Of a stretch of 64,000 nt of DNA, positions 9,533-20,390 are shown in pieces (position 1 is the first letter of the stretch; every line of letters starts with the position of its first letter). The notes under the pieces are model-generated. The model was not told the origin of the DNA, did no database searches, and was given only the letters and a program-made list of their open reading frames with translations. The DNA is from Tubulanus polymorphus (taxonomy: Eukaryota; Animalia; Nemertea), in NCBI RefSeq assembly GCF_964204645.1, contig NC_134033.1, forward strand, positions 4,178,231 through 4,242,230, read 5' to 3'. A program made the position numbers and the translations under genes.

Positions 9533-10922
9533 TTAAAATTTAAAATATAATATTCCTCCGATTACAATTCCTATACAAGTTATAGCTAATTTAGTATTTT
9601 CATGTGATTTATTATCATCATTTAGTTTAATTATATCATGTTGAATTTTATCAGTTTTTATATCTTCTGATGTATTGTAATCTTTTATTTTAGAATCATT
9701 ATCAAATTTAATATTCTTAGTTTTAGTTTCTGTTGATTGAATGTGTTTTTTATTTTTTTCACCTTCCATTAATTTTGGAGCAGTAATAATCTTTTTATTT
9801 ATATCATTTAATCCAAATGAATTATTTATTGTTGCAGTTTTAATTAGATTATTATAACCAATTATGTTTCCCATCTTTAATAATAAATCATTAGAAATAA
9901 TTAATAGATTAGGACCTATACAATAATTAAGTCTTACATGAGATTTATCTAAATAATTTTGATATCTTATAATGTTTTCTGGAATCGATCTATTTTTATC
10001 ATTATGTATGGAATCTTCAAATAAAACTTTAAATTGTTTTTGTGTATCAAATGATGTATTTAAATTTCCTATTATTGGGGATCTTGTTTCAACTTGTGAT
10101 CCTAGAATACAAATCAAATAAGTTCTAATAGATTGATTTATTCTTTCTATACCTGATTTAGTAAAACCTTCACTATTTTCTAAAATAAAATAAACCCAAC
10201 CATTATTGTTTTCTTGTTTTAAATTATCATAAAATTTTGGTAATTTATTGAAATTTAATGTTTCTAAATCCTTTGTTTCTATTTTACCATAACCTAATTT
10301 TTTATTATAGATATTATAAAAACTATTAGATGGTATGGGAAGTGCACAATATTCTGCAATCTTTTTAGGGCAAGGAAGTGATCTTATTGTTCCAATTTTT
10401 GTTCTAAAATCAGAATTATTTATATCTATATTAAATTCATTACAAATTTTATAAAACTTAGATAGATTAATATTATTATCTAATTCTTTGAAATACCTAG
10501 ATCCTGGTAAAGCGCACTCTAATTCATTTAATATTATTCTGATTTGAAAGTATGTATGAAATCTAAATAAACTTTGAATTAATTTATATTTAGAATTATT
10601 CAAATGATCATTCCAACTAATTCCACATCCTGTTGTTGCACAATAAACAGCAAAATTTAATTGGTTCTGCCAATACTTCATATTAGATTTTAATAACCAT
10701 TGTTTTTCATCTTTCAATTTTTTAAAATTAATCAAATATACATGAAATATATTTTCCATCTTTGCATTAAAATTATTAGTTTCAGTAACATAAATTTCTA
10801 AATTAGTTAATGAATCTAAAACTTCATTTCTATATGTAATATCTTTATTAAAATCTATTGCTGGAATATTATATTTAATTGATTTATTATATCGGAAAGT
10901 TTTTTGGAAAACTATCTACCAT
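9533..10922 (-). pseudogene. Conserved Polinton-type protein with C-terminal TM anchor; +1 frameshift near the start
   Basis: YWQNQLNFAVYCATTGCGIS...FRFHTYFQIRIIL...ILGSQVETRS. The true start is TAAATG at 10922 (MVDSFPK). One extra A in the run at 10900-10905 separates it from the frame of the 408-aa ORF. C-terminal LAITCIGIVIGGILYF. Confidence 0.75.
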
Positions 10923-10939
10923 TTATATAACTAAAAAAA

Positions 10940-11374
10940 TTAATAATTTATTAATTCTTTTAATAATTTATCTTGTTCTTCAACTGTTATATGACCATTC
11001 AAACTTATTATATAATCTAGTGTGTTCTTTAATTTATTTATTTCTTTTATATTAGTTTTAATTTTTTCTTTATTACTTTTTATATTTAATTTTGAACTTA
11101 TACCAGTTAAAACACTTGAACTTAATCCTAATACACCAATTGATATAGCTAAAGGTGTTATTGGGCTGAATATTGCTAAAAATGTTATTACAGAACTAAT
11201 TGTAACCGAACCACTTATAATCAAATAATATATAATTTTACTTTTTAAATATTTTTTCTTTTTTATCTTTAAGTCACTTTCAAATTCTAATATTTGTTTT
11301 TCTAAATATGTTTTTAATTTAGTTTTATTTATATCATGAGGAATAATATCAATACTATCAACTTTATCTTCCAT
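10940..11374 (-). CDS. Two-TM membrane protein with flanking coiled coils
   Basis: 144 aa containing IIYYLIISGSVTISSVITFLAIFSPITPLAISIGVLGLSSSVLTGI. TAAATG start. Confidence 0.75.
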   Translation of the reverse strand: MEDKVDSIDIIPHDINKTKLKTYLEKQILEFESDLKIKKKKYLKSKIIYYLIISGSVTISSVITFLAIFSPITPLAISIGVLGLSSSVLTGISSKLNIKSNKEKIKTNIKEINKLKNTLDYIISLNGHITVEEQDKLLKELINY

Positions 11375-11393
11375 TTATTTAGAATAAAAATTA

Positions 11394-11811
11394 CTAATTA
11401 GTAAACTTATAAGCAACAAATATAACAATAACAGTTCCACCTAAAATCCATATTATTTCATATTTCTGTTGTTCTTTACTTGGGGTATAATAATCTGATA
11501 ATTTAGGTTTGTATAGATGTAATTTTTCTTTATTGGTTACCGCGTTATATAAACTCATTGCATCATCAACTGATTGAAAATATCTGTGTGAAATCTTCTG
11601 ATCATATAATTCTTTATTGATGTAATCCATATAGTCTTGTCTCTTTTCTCTATATTCTTCTGCAGCTTTATTGTATTTCTCTAACGCTATGTCTTCTTTG
11701 TTCTCCTAATGAACTATTTTTATCAATATGTTTAAATAAATAACCACCACCAGTAAATGCTAAAGCGTTAACAATTGCTGATCCTATAATAGTTATAATT
11801 GCAGAAGCCAT
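11394..11811 (-). pseudogene. Small membrane/coiled-coil virion protein, frameshifted
   Basis: TAAATG start at 11811 gives MASAIITIIGSAIVNALAFTGGGYLF...EQRRH. A frameshift near 11690 leads into IALEKYNKAAEEYREKRQDYMDYIN...IIWILGGTVIVIFVAYKF. Confidence 0.75.
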
Positions 11812-11836
11812 TTATTTAGCAAAAAAAATTATGCAT

Positions 11837-12058
11837 TTATATGGGAGGAATATATTTTTGTTTTTCCAAATAATCAATAGTTAAATTAGATAAAGTAACT
11901 GCTAATGTTAATTTTAGAATATCATTGATATCAAATCTATCAACATTAACACTTCCCATTTTGAATACTTTTTTTAATACCATTGAATAACCAACAGTTC
12001 CAACTGATAGTAATGCGCCATTATATAATCCAGTTATTATCCACTTATTATCACTCAT
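11837..12058 (-). CDS. Small hydrophobic protein
   Basis: 73 aa with two hydrophobic helices, ending DYLEKQKYIP. TAAATG start. Confidence 0.7.
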   Translation of the reverse strand: MSDNKWIITGLYNGALLSVGTVGYSMVLKKVFKMGSVNVDRFDINDILKLTLAVTLSNLTIDYLEKQKYIPPI

Positions 12059-12418
12059 TTATTTATCAAAAAAATTACTATCATCAAAATATTTAGTTAA
12101 CTTATTTATGATTATTTCAACATTTATTTCATTACTAGTTTTATGATTATCATATATTTCAATTATTATTTTTTTAATATCATCGATGATAAAATCTTCA
12201 TCTAATTCATAAAATCTTAAAGATTCTCTAATTAAATTAGTAATCTTTTCTACATTTAAAGTTTCTTTATCTATTGTTGTTTCATACTCAAATGTTGTTT
12301 CATTAGAAAATACAATATTTTTGATATGTGTTATTACATCATTAATATTAAATTTCATCTCTTTCTCACGTTTAAAATCAAATCCAAAACATATACTCGG
12401 TCCAACAGTTATATTCAT
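12059..12418 (-). CDS. Hypothetical protein
   Basis: 119-aa ORF packed in the gene array, TAAATG start. Confidence 0.6.
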   Translation of the reverse strand: MNITVGPSICFGFDFKREKEMKFNINDVITHIKNIVFSNETTFEYETTIDKETLNVEKITNLIRESLRFYELDEDFIIDDIKKIIIEIYDNHKTSNEINVEIIINKLTKYFDDSNFFDK

Positions 12419-12434
12419 TTATATATCAAAAAAA

Positions 12435-13190
12435 TTACTCTCTACATCTTATAACTAATTCATATATCACAGGAAAGTTATTTAAATCAATTAAGTATCC
12501 ATTATGATTTCTTATTTCTAATTTAAAATTATTAAATTTAGGAATGCAAGGTTTAAAATCACATTCTGTTAAATTATAATTTATTTGAGTTCCAAATTGT
12601 TTAACATTTTTTAGCGGTAAAATATTTAGTATACTAGAACTACAAATTGTTTCTTTAGTTGCTTCGAAAGTTTTTGTAGGCTCGATTAAATTGCAATAAA
12701 TATAAAAGTGTGTAAAAGGTATTATATTTGAGCTGCCTTCTGCGTTTCCAGTAACTGTAAGTGGTTTAATTCCTAACATTTTAGCCAGTGGTTTGTTTAC
12801 CATAAATTTATGTTGTTCATTAGATATCTTTATTCTTATTTTATTAGTACTATCAATTTTATTAAATTTAATTTCAAATACAGAACTACCCCCGATTTTC
12901 AACCGAGCTCTTCTATTAATTTCCTGCGCTAATGATTCTAAATTATATAATCCTGGTTTTAAAAATATATGAAACCATTTATCTTTATTTCTCATATAAA
13001 TCATAAACCCTCTATGTTCAAAAGTTTTATCCGATACATTGTAAAAAGAATTACATAAACTTATATTAACTAATTTTAAATCTACACAATTCTTAAATTC
13101 TCTATCTAATTGTACTAGTAAATTATGAGATTTATAATTTGTAAGCCTTCTAGAATCAACAAATATTCTGTATTCTTTTAATTCCGCCAT
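12435..13190 (-). CDS. Minor capsid protein (penton, single jelly-roll)
   Basis: IFVDSR...NSFYNV...PGLYNLESL...LAKMLG...FYIYCNLIE...LEIRNHNGYLIDLNNFPVIYELVIR pattern typical of Polinton mCP. Confidence 0.8.
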   Translation of the reverse strand: MAELKEYRIFVDSRRLTNYKSHNLLVQLDREFKNCVDLKLVNISLCNSFYNVSDKTFEHRGFMIYMRNKDKWFHIFLKPGLYNLESLAQEINRRARLKIGGSSVFEIKFNKIDSTNKIRIKISNEQHKFMVNKPLAKMLGIKPLTVTGNAEGSSNIIPFTHFYIYCNLIEPTKTFEATKETICSSSILNILPLKNVKQFGTQINYNLTECDFKPCIPKFNNFKLEIRNHNGYLIDLNNFPVIYELVIRCRE

Positions 13191-13207
13191 TTATTTTACA
13201 TATTTTC

Positions 13208-13549
13208 TTATTCGAAATCTATTTCATGGTGCCCTTTTTCATTCTTACCTTTGTATATGAAATAGAAATCTCCAGAACATAATTCTTCTAGATCTTCACT
13301 TGATAATCTATGAAATCTATCTGGTAAATAAGTTCTGAATTTATGTGTATTTCCTTTTAATCCTTCATATTCTAAATGAATTACTAATTTATCTCCATAT
13401 TTATTAGTAATTGTTTCAATGTTAGTAATTAAATATTTCTTGTGAATTGTTAACTCAGTTAGTTTTTTAAATTTATAATCTACAGATTTGACGCTTGAAG
13501 TATCTTTAATTCTATCTAAGAATTCATTGTGTACTTGTTTACTCTCCAT
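13208..13549 (-). CDS. Small beta-rich protein next to PolB, possible OB-fold ssDNA-binding protein
   Basis: FKKLTEL...KYLITNIETITNKYGDKLVIHLE...RTYLPDRF. The function is inferred from position and pattern only. Confidence 0.55.
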   Translation of the reverse strand: MESKQVHNEFLDRIKDTSSVKSVDYKFKKLTELTIHKKYLITNIETITNKYGDKLVIHLEYEGLKGNTHKFRTYLPDRFHRLSSEDLEELCSGDFYFIYKGKNEKGHHEIDFE

Positions 13550-13577
13550 TTATTATATAAATTTTTATTGAAATTGA

Positions 13578-16500
13578 TTAACACGTTAGAATCCTTTTCA
13601 TAATTTCATTTTCTTTTGTTTCTTCTCTTTTGAATTTTATATATTCATCTAAATTGCAACCATAGGCGACTGTGTGGATTCCATCATCTAAAATATATCT
13701 TTTATCATCAAATGGATTTAGACTTATCTTCTCTATCTCTTCAATATACATTTCATGATCTTCAGATCTTAAACATTTCATCTTATGTTTTCTAACTTCT
13801 TCATTAAATATACAATTGATGTAATCTTTGAAATGAATATTCTTTTCTACTACACTTTTGGTTATTCCTTTTAACTTTTTAGCTTCATGTTCTTTAGTTT
13901 TATATGAATACATTTTAGATCTAATACCTATGAACTCTATCATTTCTTCACCACCTAATTCATCTTTGAATTTACCGGGAACTTTTTTATTATCATTGCT
14001 AAACAATTCATGATCTTTAGGATAGTTACTGAAATCAAAATGGTGTTTTAATATTTTTAAGTCTTTTGTTATGTTATCACTTTTTATCTTTAATATATAA
14101 CTGTCAGTATCTAGATATAATATTTCTATATTTTTTTCTCCAAAATTGGGTTGCAATACATTATAATAGAATTCATACATCAATAGCTTTGAAATTTCTA
14201 AAACTGCAGCTCCAACATAAATAGGTTTATTGAACTTCATAGAAGTTCTTTTTAATTTAACTGCAGCTAAATTTTCATCGAATATTCTGTTACCTTTGAA
14301 TTTCGGATACGATTGTAAATGTCTAATTCTTTTACCATTACTAACTAACTCAATATCATTTCTATTTCTTATGTTTTCACATGTTTTTCCATAGAACGCA
14401 TTATTCATCAGTTTAAAGTAATCCTTCTCAAAATCAGTTTTAGATTTAGTTCTCTGTGTAGTATTAAAATCTATATATTTTTCTAACCACTTAGATTGAT
14501 TAAATGAAATATATCTATGTACTTTTTTTAATATCATTCCTTGATTCAAATAAAACTTCAACATTCTATAATGTACTACATAATTATATTTATCTTCTTG
14601 AGTTACCATTAACTTTTCAGTATGAATATGATTATCGGGTTTAATTCTTTTTTGATAATTTGATAATTCTTCATGTTTAACAGTTTTATGTTCGGGACAA
14701 TATGCTAGATTTCTAGATTTGAATTTAATATTTTCAGGGTATTCTAAATCTACAACGAAGAAGTAACCAGTATCTGAATCATCTGCAATATCTAGGATTC
14801 TTTTCTTCCAATCAAATTTATCAATTTGTAAAACTTCAGTTATTTCAAACATCCCATAAGGTTGTGGTTCCATCATTGCCCAACCATAAAGGTTATTTGC
14901 ATCTATATATAATAATTTATATCCAGGATTATCATTTACATTGAAATATCTATCACCCAATACACCTGAAACACCTCCTCTTATAGATTTTTCAAATAAT
15001 AGTAATTGATCTATATTTGTTAACAAATCCATTTTTATATTTGTAAATTTTAATCCACAATCCCATGTTAATCCTGGTGATGAATAACAATGACAAGGAT
15101 CAATGTTAAAATATTTTAGGTTTACATCTCTAAACCTTTCGAATATATCGGTTAATAATAATACATCTGATTTTAAATATAAATCTACTAATTGTCCATG
15201 ATTTTCTATTTCAAAATGATTCCAAATATTCAATGTTCTATTATATACTTCATCTTTAACATATTCATTTTTTAATTCATCATAGAATTGTTCTTTCAAT
15301 AATTCAGTTATTTTAAAATCATTATGATTTTTATAGAAAGAATATGGAATTGCACCTTTATATCTCATTAATTTAAAATCATCATAATTTGGGTAATATT
15401 CTTTTAATATCTTTAATTCATCATCAACTAATGATTTTGATAAGTTATCTAATGAACTATTTAAAAATCTATATGAATCTATAAATCTTAGACAACCAAA
15501 TTGGAATGATATATAATTCTCAGATGTTTTAGCTAACATTCTAAATTTATAAGTTGGTATTTTATCTTTTGATTTATTTGAATTTAATATTTCTATTTCA
15601 TTATTAATTTCTTCTATTTTATGACACAGTTGTTTGATAAATAAATGTGCATCATATCCTGATAGATTATGAAATATAACTGGTACAAAGTTAATTTTCT
15701 TAGCTTGTAAGTTACAATTCTCATGTGCAGCGCCTCTAAACTTTCCATTCAAATGATCATGGTCTCTTACTTTTTTATCTTTATAATTAAATATCTTTTC
15801 ACAATAATAACATTTATCTGCAAACGCAAATACTTCGTTATCTTCTTCTATCATTATAATTTCTATATTTGTATTCAATAATTTACTAAATCTTATTTCA
15901 TATTCAATTAATAAGTCACAAAAATGATTGATAACATTTTCATTTCTATAATGATAATATTCACTTTCAATTAGTTCTGGATAATCAGATTTTATATATA
16001 ACCCGAAAGCAGCAGCTGATTGATGAATCTTTTTAATAGTATTTGTTTTTGGTGGTTCTTCTGAATAATCACTTTCATTAGAATTTAATTTCTTTCTTTT
16101 ATAATATATATCTTTTCTATCTTTATCTGTTAATTCTTTATTTAATGATTCAAAATCTCCATATATTACAAATGGTACTTTATTTTTGTAATCATATTTT
16201 TTGAATTCTAATATTTTATCTTTTTCATTTGGTAAAACTAATTTACAATAATCATGATTATCACATAGTTGTTTATGATTTAATAATGCACCTTCAGTTC
16301 TGAATTTATGTAAACATTTTCTACATAGATATATTTTATTATCAAAATCATTTTCTGATTTAAAAAATAAATCGATTTGTTTAATCCACATGTAATGATT
16401 CTCATAATATAGTATATCTATAACATCATTTGAATCATAATCTTTTGATAGGTATAAAGGTTCTAATGTATAATGTTAAATATTATTTCCTTTTGTATTT

Positions 16501-17609
16501 GGTAATTTAATTAAATCAAATACATTTATCTTTAAATTATTATCTCTTTCTATTTTTGGAATATTTTTAATTCTAACAGGATACTTATCTATCTTATAAT
16601 TATTTTCAAATTGTTTATAATGAGTTAATCTAAAACTATGTGTAATATCTTCTGTTGGATGTAAACAACTTATTATAGCCCATATAAAACATTTATTATC
16701 AAAATTTTGTATATTTATTACACCATTAGTTTTAAATGGTAATTTAATATAACTTGTTCCATTTATACTATCATCTTTATAATATGATAAATTATTTTCA
16801 TCAATTGGTTTTGATTTAGTTAACTTATTATATTTTGTGTTATAAACATGTAAAGTTATAAATATTATCTCATCAAATATTAAACCAGATCCTTCAAAAT
16901 ATTTCTCTTCTATTTTAGTTTTTACTTCATTATAACATTTATTTAATTTATCATCTATATGTTGTTTAGATATAATATGTTGTGAATGAGAATTTATATT
17001 ATATATTGGTTTATCTTCAGATTTTATAAACTTTACTTTAACTGATATACTAATTTTAGGATATTCAACATCTGTAATTATTTTTATTATTTCTTTCATA
17101 TTTTCTAAATGTTTTTTATTTTCTTCTAATGTTTTTCCTTTATGAAATTTAAACTCGATAGCTGCTGGACCAATATCACTTTTAAATGCTTCGGTTATCT
17201 CTATATCTTTTTTATTATCTAATGAATTAATATAATTTCTTACATCTTCCATGTATGGTCTTTTATTGTTTAATTTATTTTTTATTCTTTTAATTGTCTT
17301 CTGTTTCTTATCATTATCTTTATCAAAATAATCTTCACCTAAAATATCATTATTCTTATTTCTAATATGACTTATAGATTTTAAATGTTCTTTATAATAT
17401 CTTTTATCACTGAATGATTGATTACATGTATCACATTTATATGTTTCTTTTTCATTCTTTAATTCTTCTAATTTAGTTTCTAATATATCATCCTTATATT
17501 CTAGTTTCAATTTATTCTCTAAATGTGTTATAGTTTTATTGTGTCTTGCTTTTTGAGACTTGTCTATATCGATATTACATGTTGGGCAGTAGTATTTATT
17601 TGCTTCCTT
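13578..17609 (-). pseudogene. polB: Protein-primed family B DNA polymerase polyprotein (ZnF - terminal-protein region - vOTU-like - exonuclease with EndoVII-like insert - polymerase), with one nonsense codon and a probable lost start codon
   Basis: Exo YGDFES, FHNLSGYD, YLKSDV; Pol YIDANNLYGWAM, KLMNNAFYGK, YLDTDS. EndoVII-like CYYC...VRDHDHLNGKFRGAAHENCNL. ORFs 16476-17510 and 13578-16391 are in the same frame, separated only by TAA at 16476-16478. The frame is open to AAG at 17607-17609, which aligns with the ATG at 30638 of the related element. Confidence 0.93.
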
Positions 17610-17689
17610 TTTAATACTATATTTTTTATTAAAATTGATTTTAGAAGTTCAATGATTTAAATGTTATTCATATATGTGAATATTTTAAG

Positions 17690-18096
17690 AGTAATAGGGG
17701 TTTAGTTGTTTCATATCAAAGGTTTAATGATCGAGTTCATTAATAACAAAATATTAAAAGTAATTAAAAAACTATAATATATTTTCATAACCGTGTGTAT
17801 TTCAGTTGAACAATAGAATAATTATTATCATTTGAATATATTTGATTATATAAATTTGTGTATTGTAATTAAATCAATTGGTCGCGGAGCGGAGCGGTAG
17901 CGAAGCGGAGCGACCAATTGATTTAATACAATATGCTTTTTATATTATTAATATCTTAGAATAAATATTTAGTTTTAATATAAAATACACACGGTTATGA
18001 AAATGTATTATAGTTTTTTAATTACTTTTAATATTTTGTTTTTTAATGGGCTCGACCGTTCGACCTTTGGTATGAAACAACTAAACCCCTATTACT
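17690..18096. repeat. Terminal ~407-bp imperfect palindrome (fold-back) of the Polinton-like element
   Basis: 17690-~17800 is the reverse complement of ~17985-18096. Inner stem TTAAATCAATTGGTCGC / GCGACCAATTGATTTAA surrounds a GC-rich apex. Confidence 0.95.
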
Positions 18097-18604
18097 TATA
18101 TCAACAGCTGAAATTATGTTCTAATTCAAAGGTCTATCAACTAACTATTCTAACCTAACCTATTTATTCGGCCTACCCATTCAGGCTAGGGTTTGGGGGT
18201 AGGGAGGGGGATACTGAAATAGAGAGACATGTTATACAGGTCACACCGGAATTCTTCAGTCACTCTGTCATCATCATTCAACTTCAGGTTCAATCTTCTG
18301 TGACTAGGGGGTCTTGTTCTTCTCACTGAAGTAGAACATACAGGCCGTACCTGAATCGGGCCACTCTGTTGTGTGCTGGGGGTGAAGACACGTACTTTTC
18401 TCAGCGATGACCCTGAAATGGTCATGTTTATTTCAAGTTAAATATTTACATAATAGGCGTTGTCTTATAAAACAATAAATTTGAAAGAAACGGAAATTCT
18501 GAAAAAAGTAAAAAACCTGAAAATAGAGAGAAACCCATGAATAAAAGAAGCATGAAATACAGGATCCTGAAATAAAGATATTAGACATAAGTAATAAACA
18601 ACCT

Positions 18605-18733
18605 GGGGCCAGTTGCTCAAAAGTTGGTTAAAGATAACCGGCCGTTAAATACCATAGTAACAATGAAATTTCAATTGTCACCATATCAACCAACCACTGG
18701 TTAACTCCAACCAACTTTTGAGCAACCGGCCCC
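18605..18733. mobile_element. Short MITE
   Basis: TIRs GGGGCCAGTTGCTCAAAAGTTGGTT / AACCAACTTTTGAGCAACCGGCCCC. Confidence 0.75.
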
Positions 18734-19794
18734 TGATCTGTAGACCCAGAGACCCGCTGGACCCTGACGTAAATAACAACCTATTTTCTAATTAACGCAT
18801 TTTATTTAAATCTGTATTAATATTCATGCATTTCTATAACTTACTAACTCACCGAGTAAGTTCCTAGACTAAACTTATGAAACATAATTTCAGCTGTTAA
18901 TGTCCTCTAACTTACAGTTTATCCAATCCTGTGCGTGTAATGTCTGAATTCCAATGATAATCATTGAGTCAATTTGAATCCTTGTGTTTTTGATAACAGT
19001 TCAGTGTTTTTTCACAGTTTATATCAATCCGGAATTACATTCCATTCCAAATATATCCTGAACAAGAAGCCAATTCAAATTCCATTTAATTTCCAGTAAC
19101 AGCTCAGCTTTTGAGAACAGTTAATCTTGGATTTCGTTTCAGCGCCATTCCGTTCATTCAGAATAAATCCTAGTATGTTCACAAGAGGTGTCTACTTTTT
19201 TACGGGACTCAGTTTGAGCACCTCTGTCCAGACTGGTAAACCATACCATCGCGACAACCTCTAGGTGTAAACATACACGGACAACCAAATGTAATAATCT
19301 GTGCGATCGAGAAGAATTGTCGAACACAATTAAGCTTCATATTTGATATTATCTTACTATCGGGGTCACTGGTCATAATCCATCTTCGCTCTATAAACTG
19401 CGCGGCTCTACAGAAATCAATAAATACATAATAGTTTCCATATTCATTTTCTGTTTCCACTTTCTGTGGAAAAGACAATGAATTCCTCTCAGACCTAAAT
19501 TCGAACCATACAAATCATGAGAATTATAGCGCAGACTCGACACAATTTCAACCGAAGTCTTCGATGCAAGCTGGTGATGTTACCTTGGATTTTATATTTC
19601 CCTTAGCATTATTTCAAAGTGAAATTAGGGTGATTTAGTGATTTAAAAGCAACTGTCAGCTGGTCATTTTACAATAAACGGGCAATATGTAACAATCCGT
19701 AGTTTTCGTTTCGACTCCATTTACTTAGCCATTCAAAAATACGCTAGTGCTCGGTCATGCACGACCGTTGCATTTCAACACTACATACCAAATA

Positions 19795-20390
19795 ACCAAG
19801 TATTACCAACTCTATTATTTGGTTGTGAAATTTGGGGTTACGAAAATCTCCGAGTTCTTGAGTGCGTGCAGCTGAAATTTTTTAAATATTTACTCAAGTT
19901 AAAGAAATCTACTAATAGCTCATTTGTCTATGGAGAACTGGGTCGTTTTCCTCTCGAAGTTTACGTACAGCTTAGAATTGTAAATTTTTGGGCAAAATTA
20001 ATAACTGATGATAAATTATCGTCAAAGGTTTACAGCTGTGTTTATAATTGCTATATTGATGGTCAAGCTAACTCTTGGATGGATTCTGTGAAGAACATTT
20101 TGCTCCGAAATGGGCTCGGATATATTTGGGAAAATCAAAATATTCCAAACGTGAATTACTTGATTCTGATTCTTAAACAGAGATTGCAGGATCAGTTTAT
20201 GCAAGTCTGGCATGCAAAACTTACTGATTCCACTATGGCTGTTACGTATTTAACAATCAAATGCCGTTTCGAAATGGAAAAGTATCTAACTGAATTAACC
20301 CCTAGGGACCGGTTAACTTTATGTAGATTTAGATGCTCAGCTCACAGGCTACCGGTGGAAGTTGGGCGGTGGCGAGGAATTGCCCGTGTC
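19795..20390 (+). mobile_element. Non-LTR retrotransposon (RTEX-like) ORF2 3' fragment
   Basis: LLFGCEIWGYENL...KFFKYLLKLKKST...VYGELGRFPL...RFRCSAHRLPVEVGRW. Confidence 0.85.

Larger units (their letters stand above)
624..18096. mobile_element. Endogenous Polinton/Maverick (adintovirus-like) virus, right part; left end outside the window
   Basis: Compact AT-rich gene block with pPolB, rve integrase, A32-like ATPase, MCP and mCP. It terminates in ...CCCCTATTACT at 18096, consistent with 5'-AG...CT-3' Polinton termini. Confidence 0.95.

Noticed and set aside
10899-10905. A_AAA_AAC slippery heptamer as a programmed -1 frameshift
   Set aside because: Joining the ORFs needs a +1 shift, and the -1 frame hits a stop soon after. 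A homopolymer insertion or sequencing error is simpler.
6924-16478. Alternative genetic code with TAA read through in viral genes
   Set aside because: Most viral ORFs end normally in TAA and frameshifts coexist, which points to decay.
17690-18096. Terminal palindrome as an independent MITE
   Set aside because: There is no TSD, and the inner flank is homologous in both elements, so it is part of the terminus.
19209-19478. Cys-containing minus-strand ORF, possibly a receptor ectodomain exon
   Set aside because: No recognisable domain or consistent splice model could be supported.
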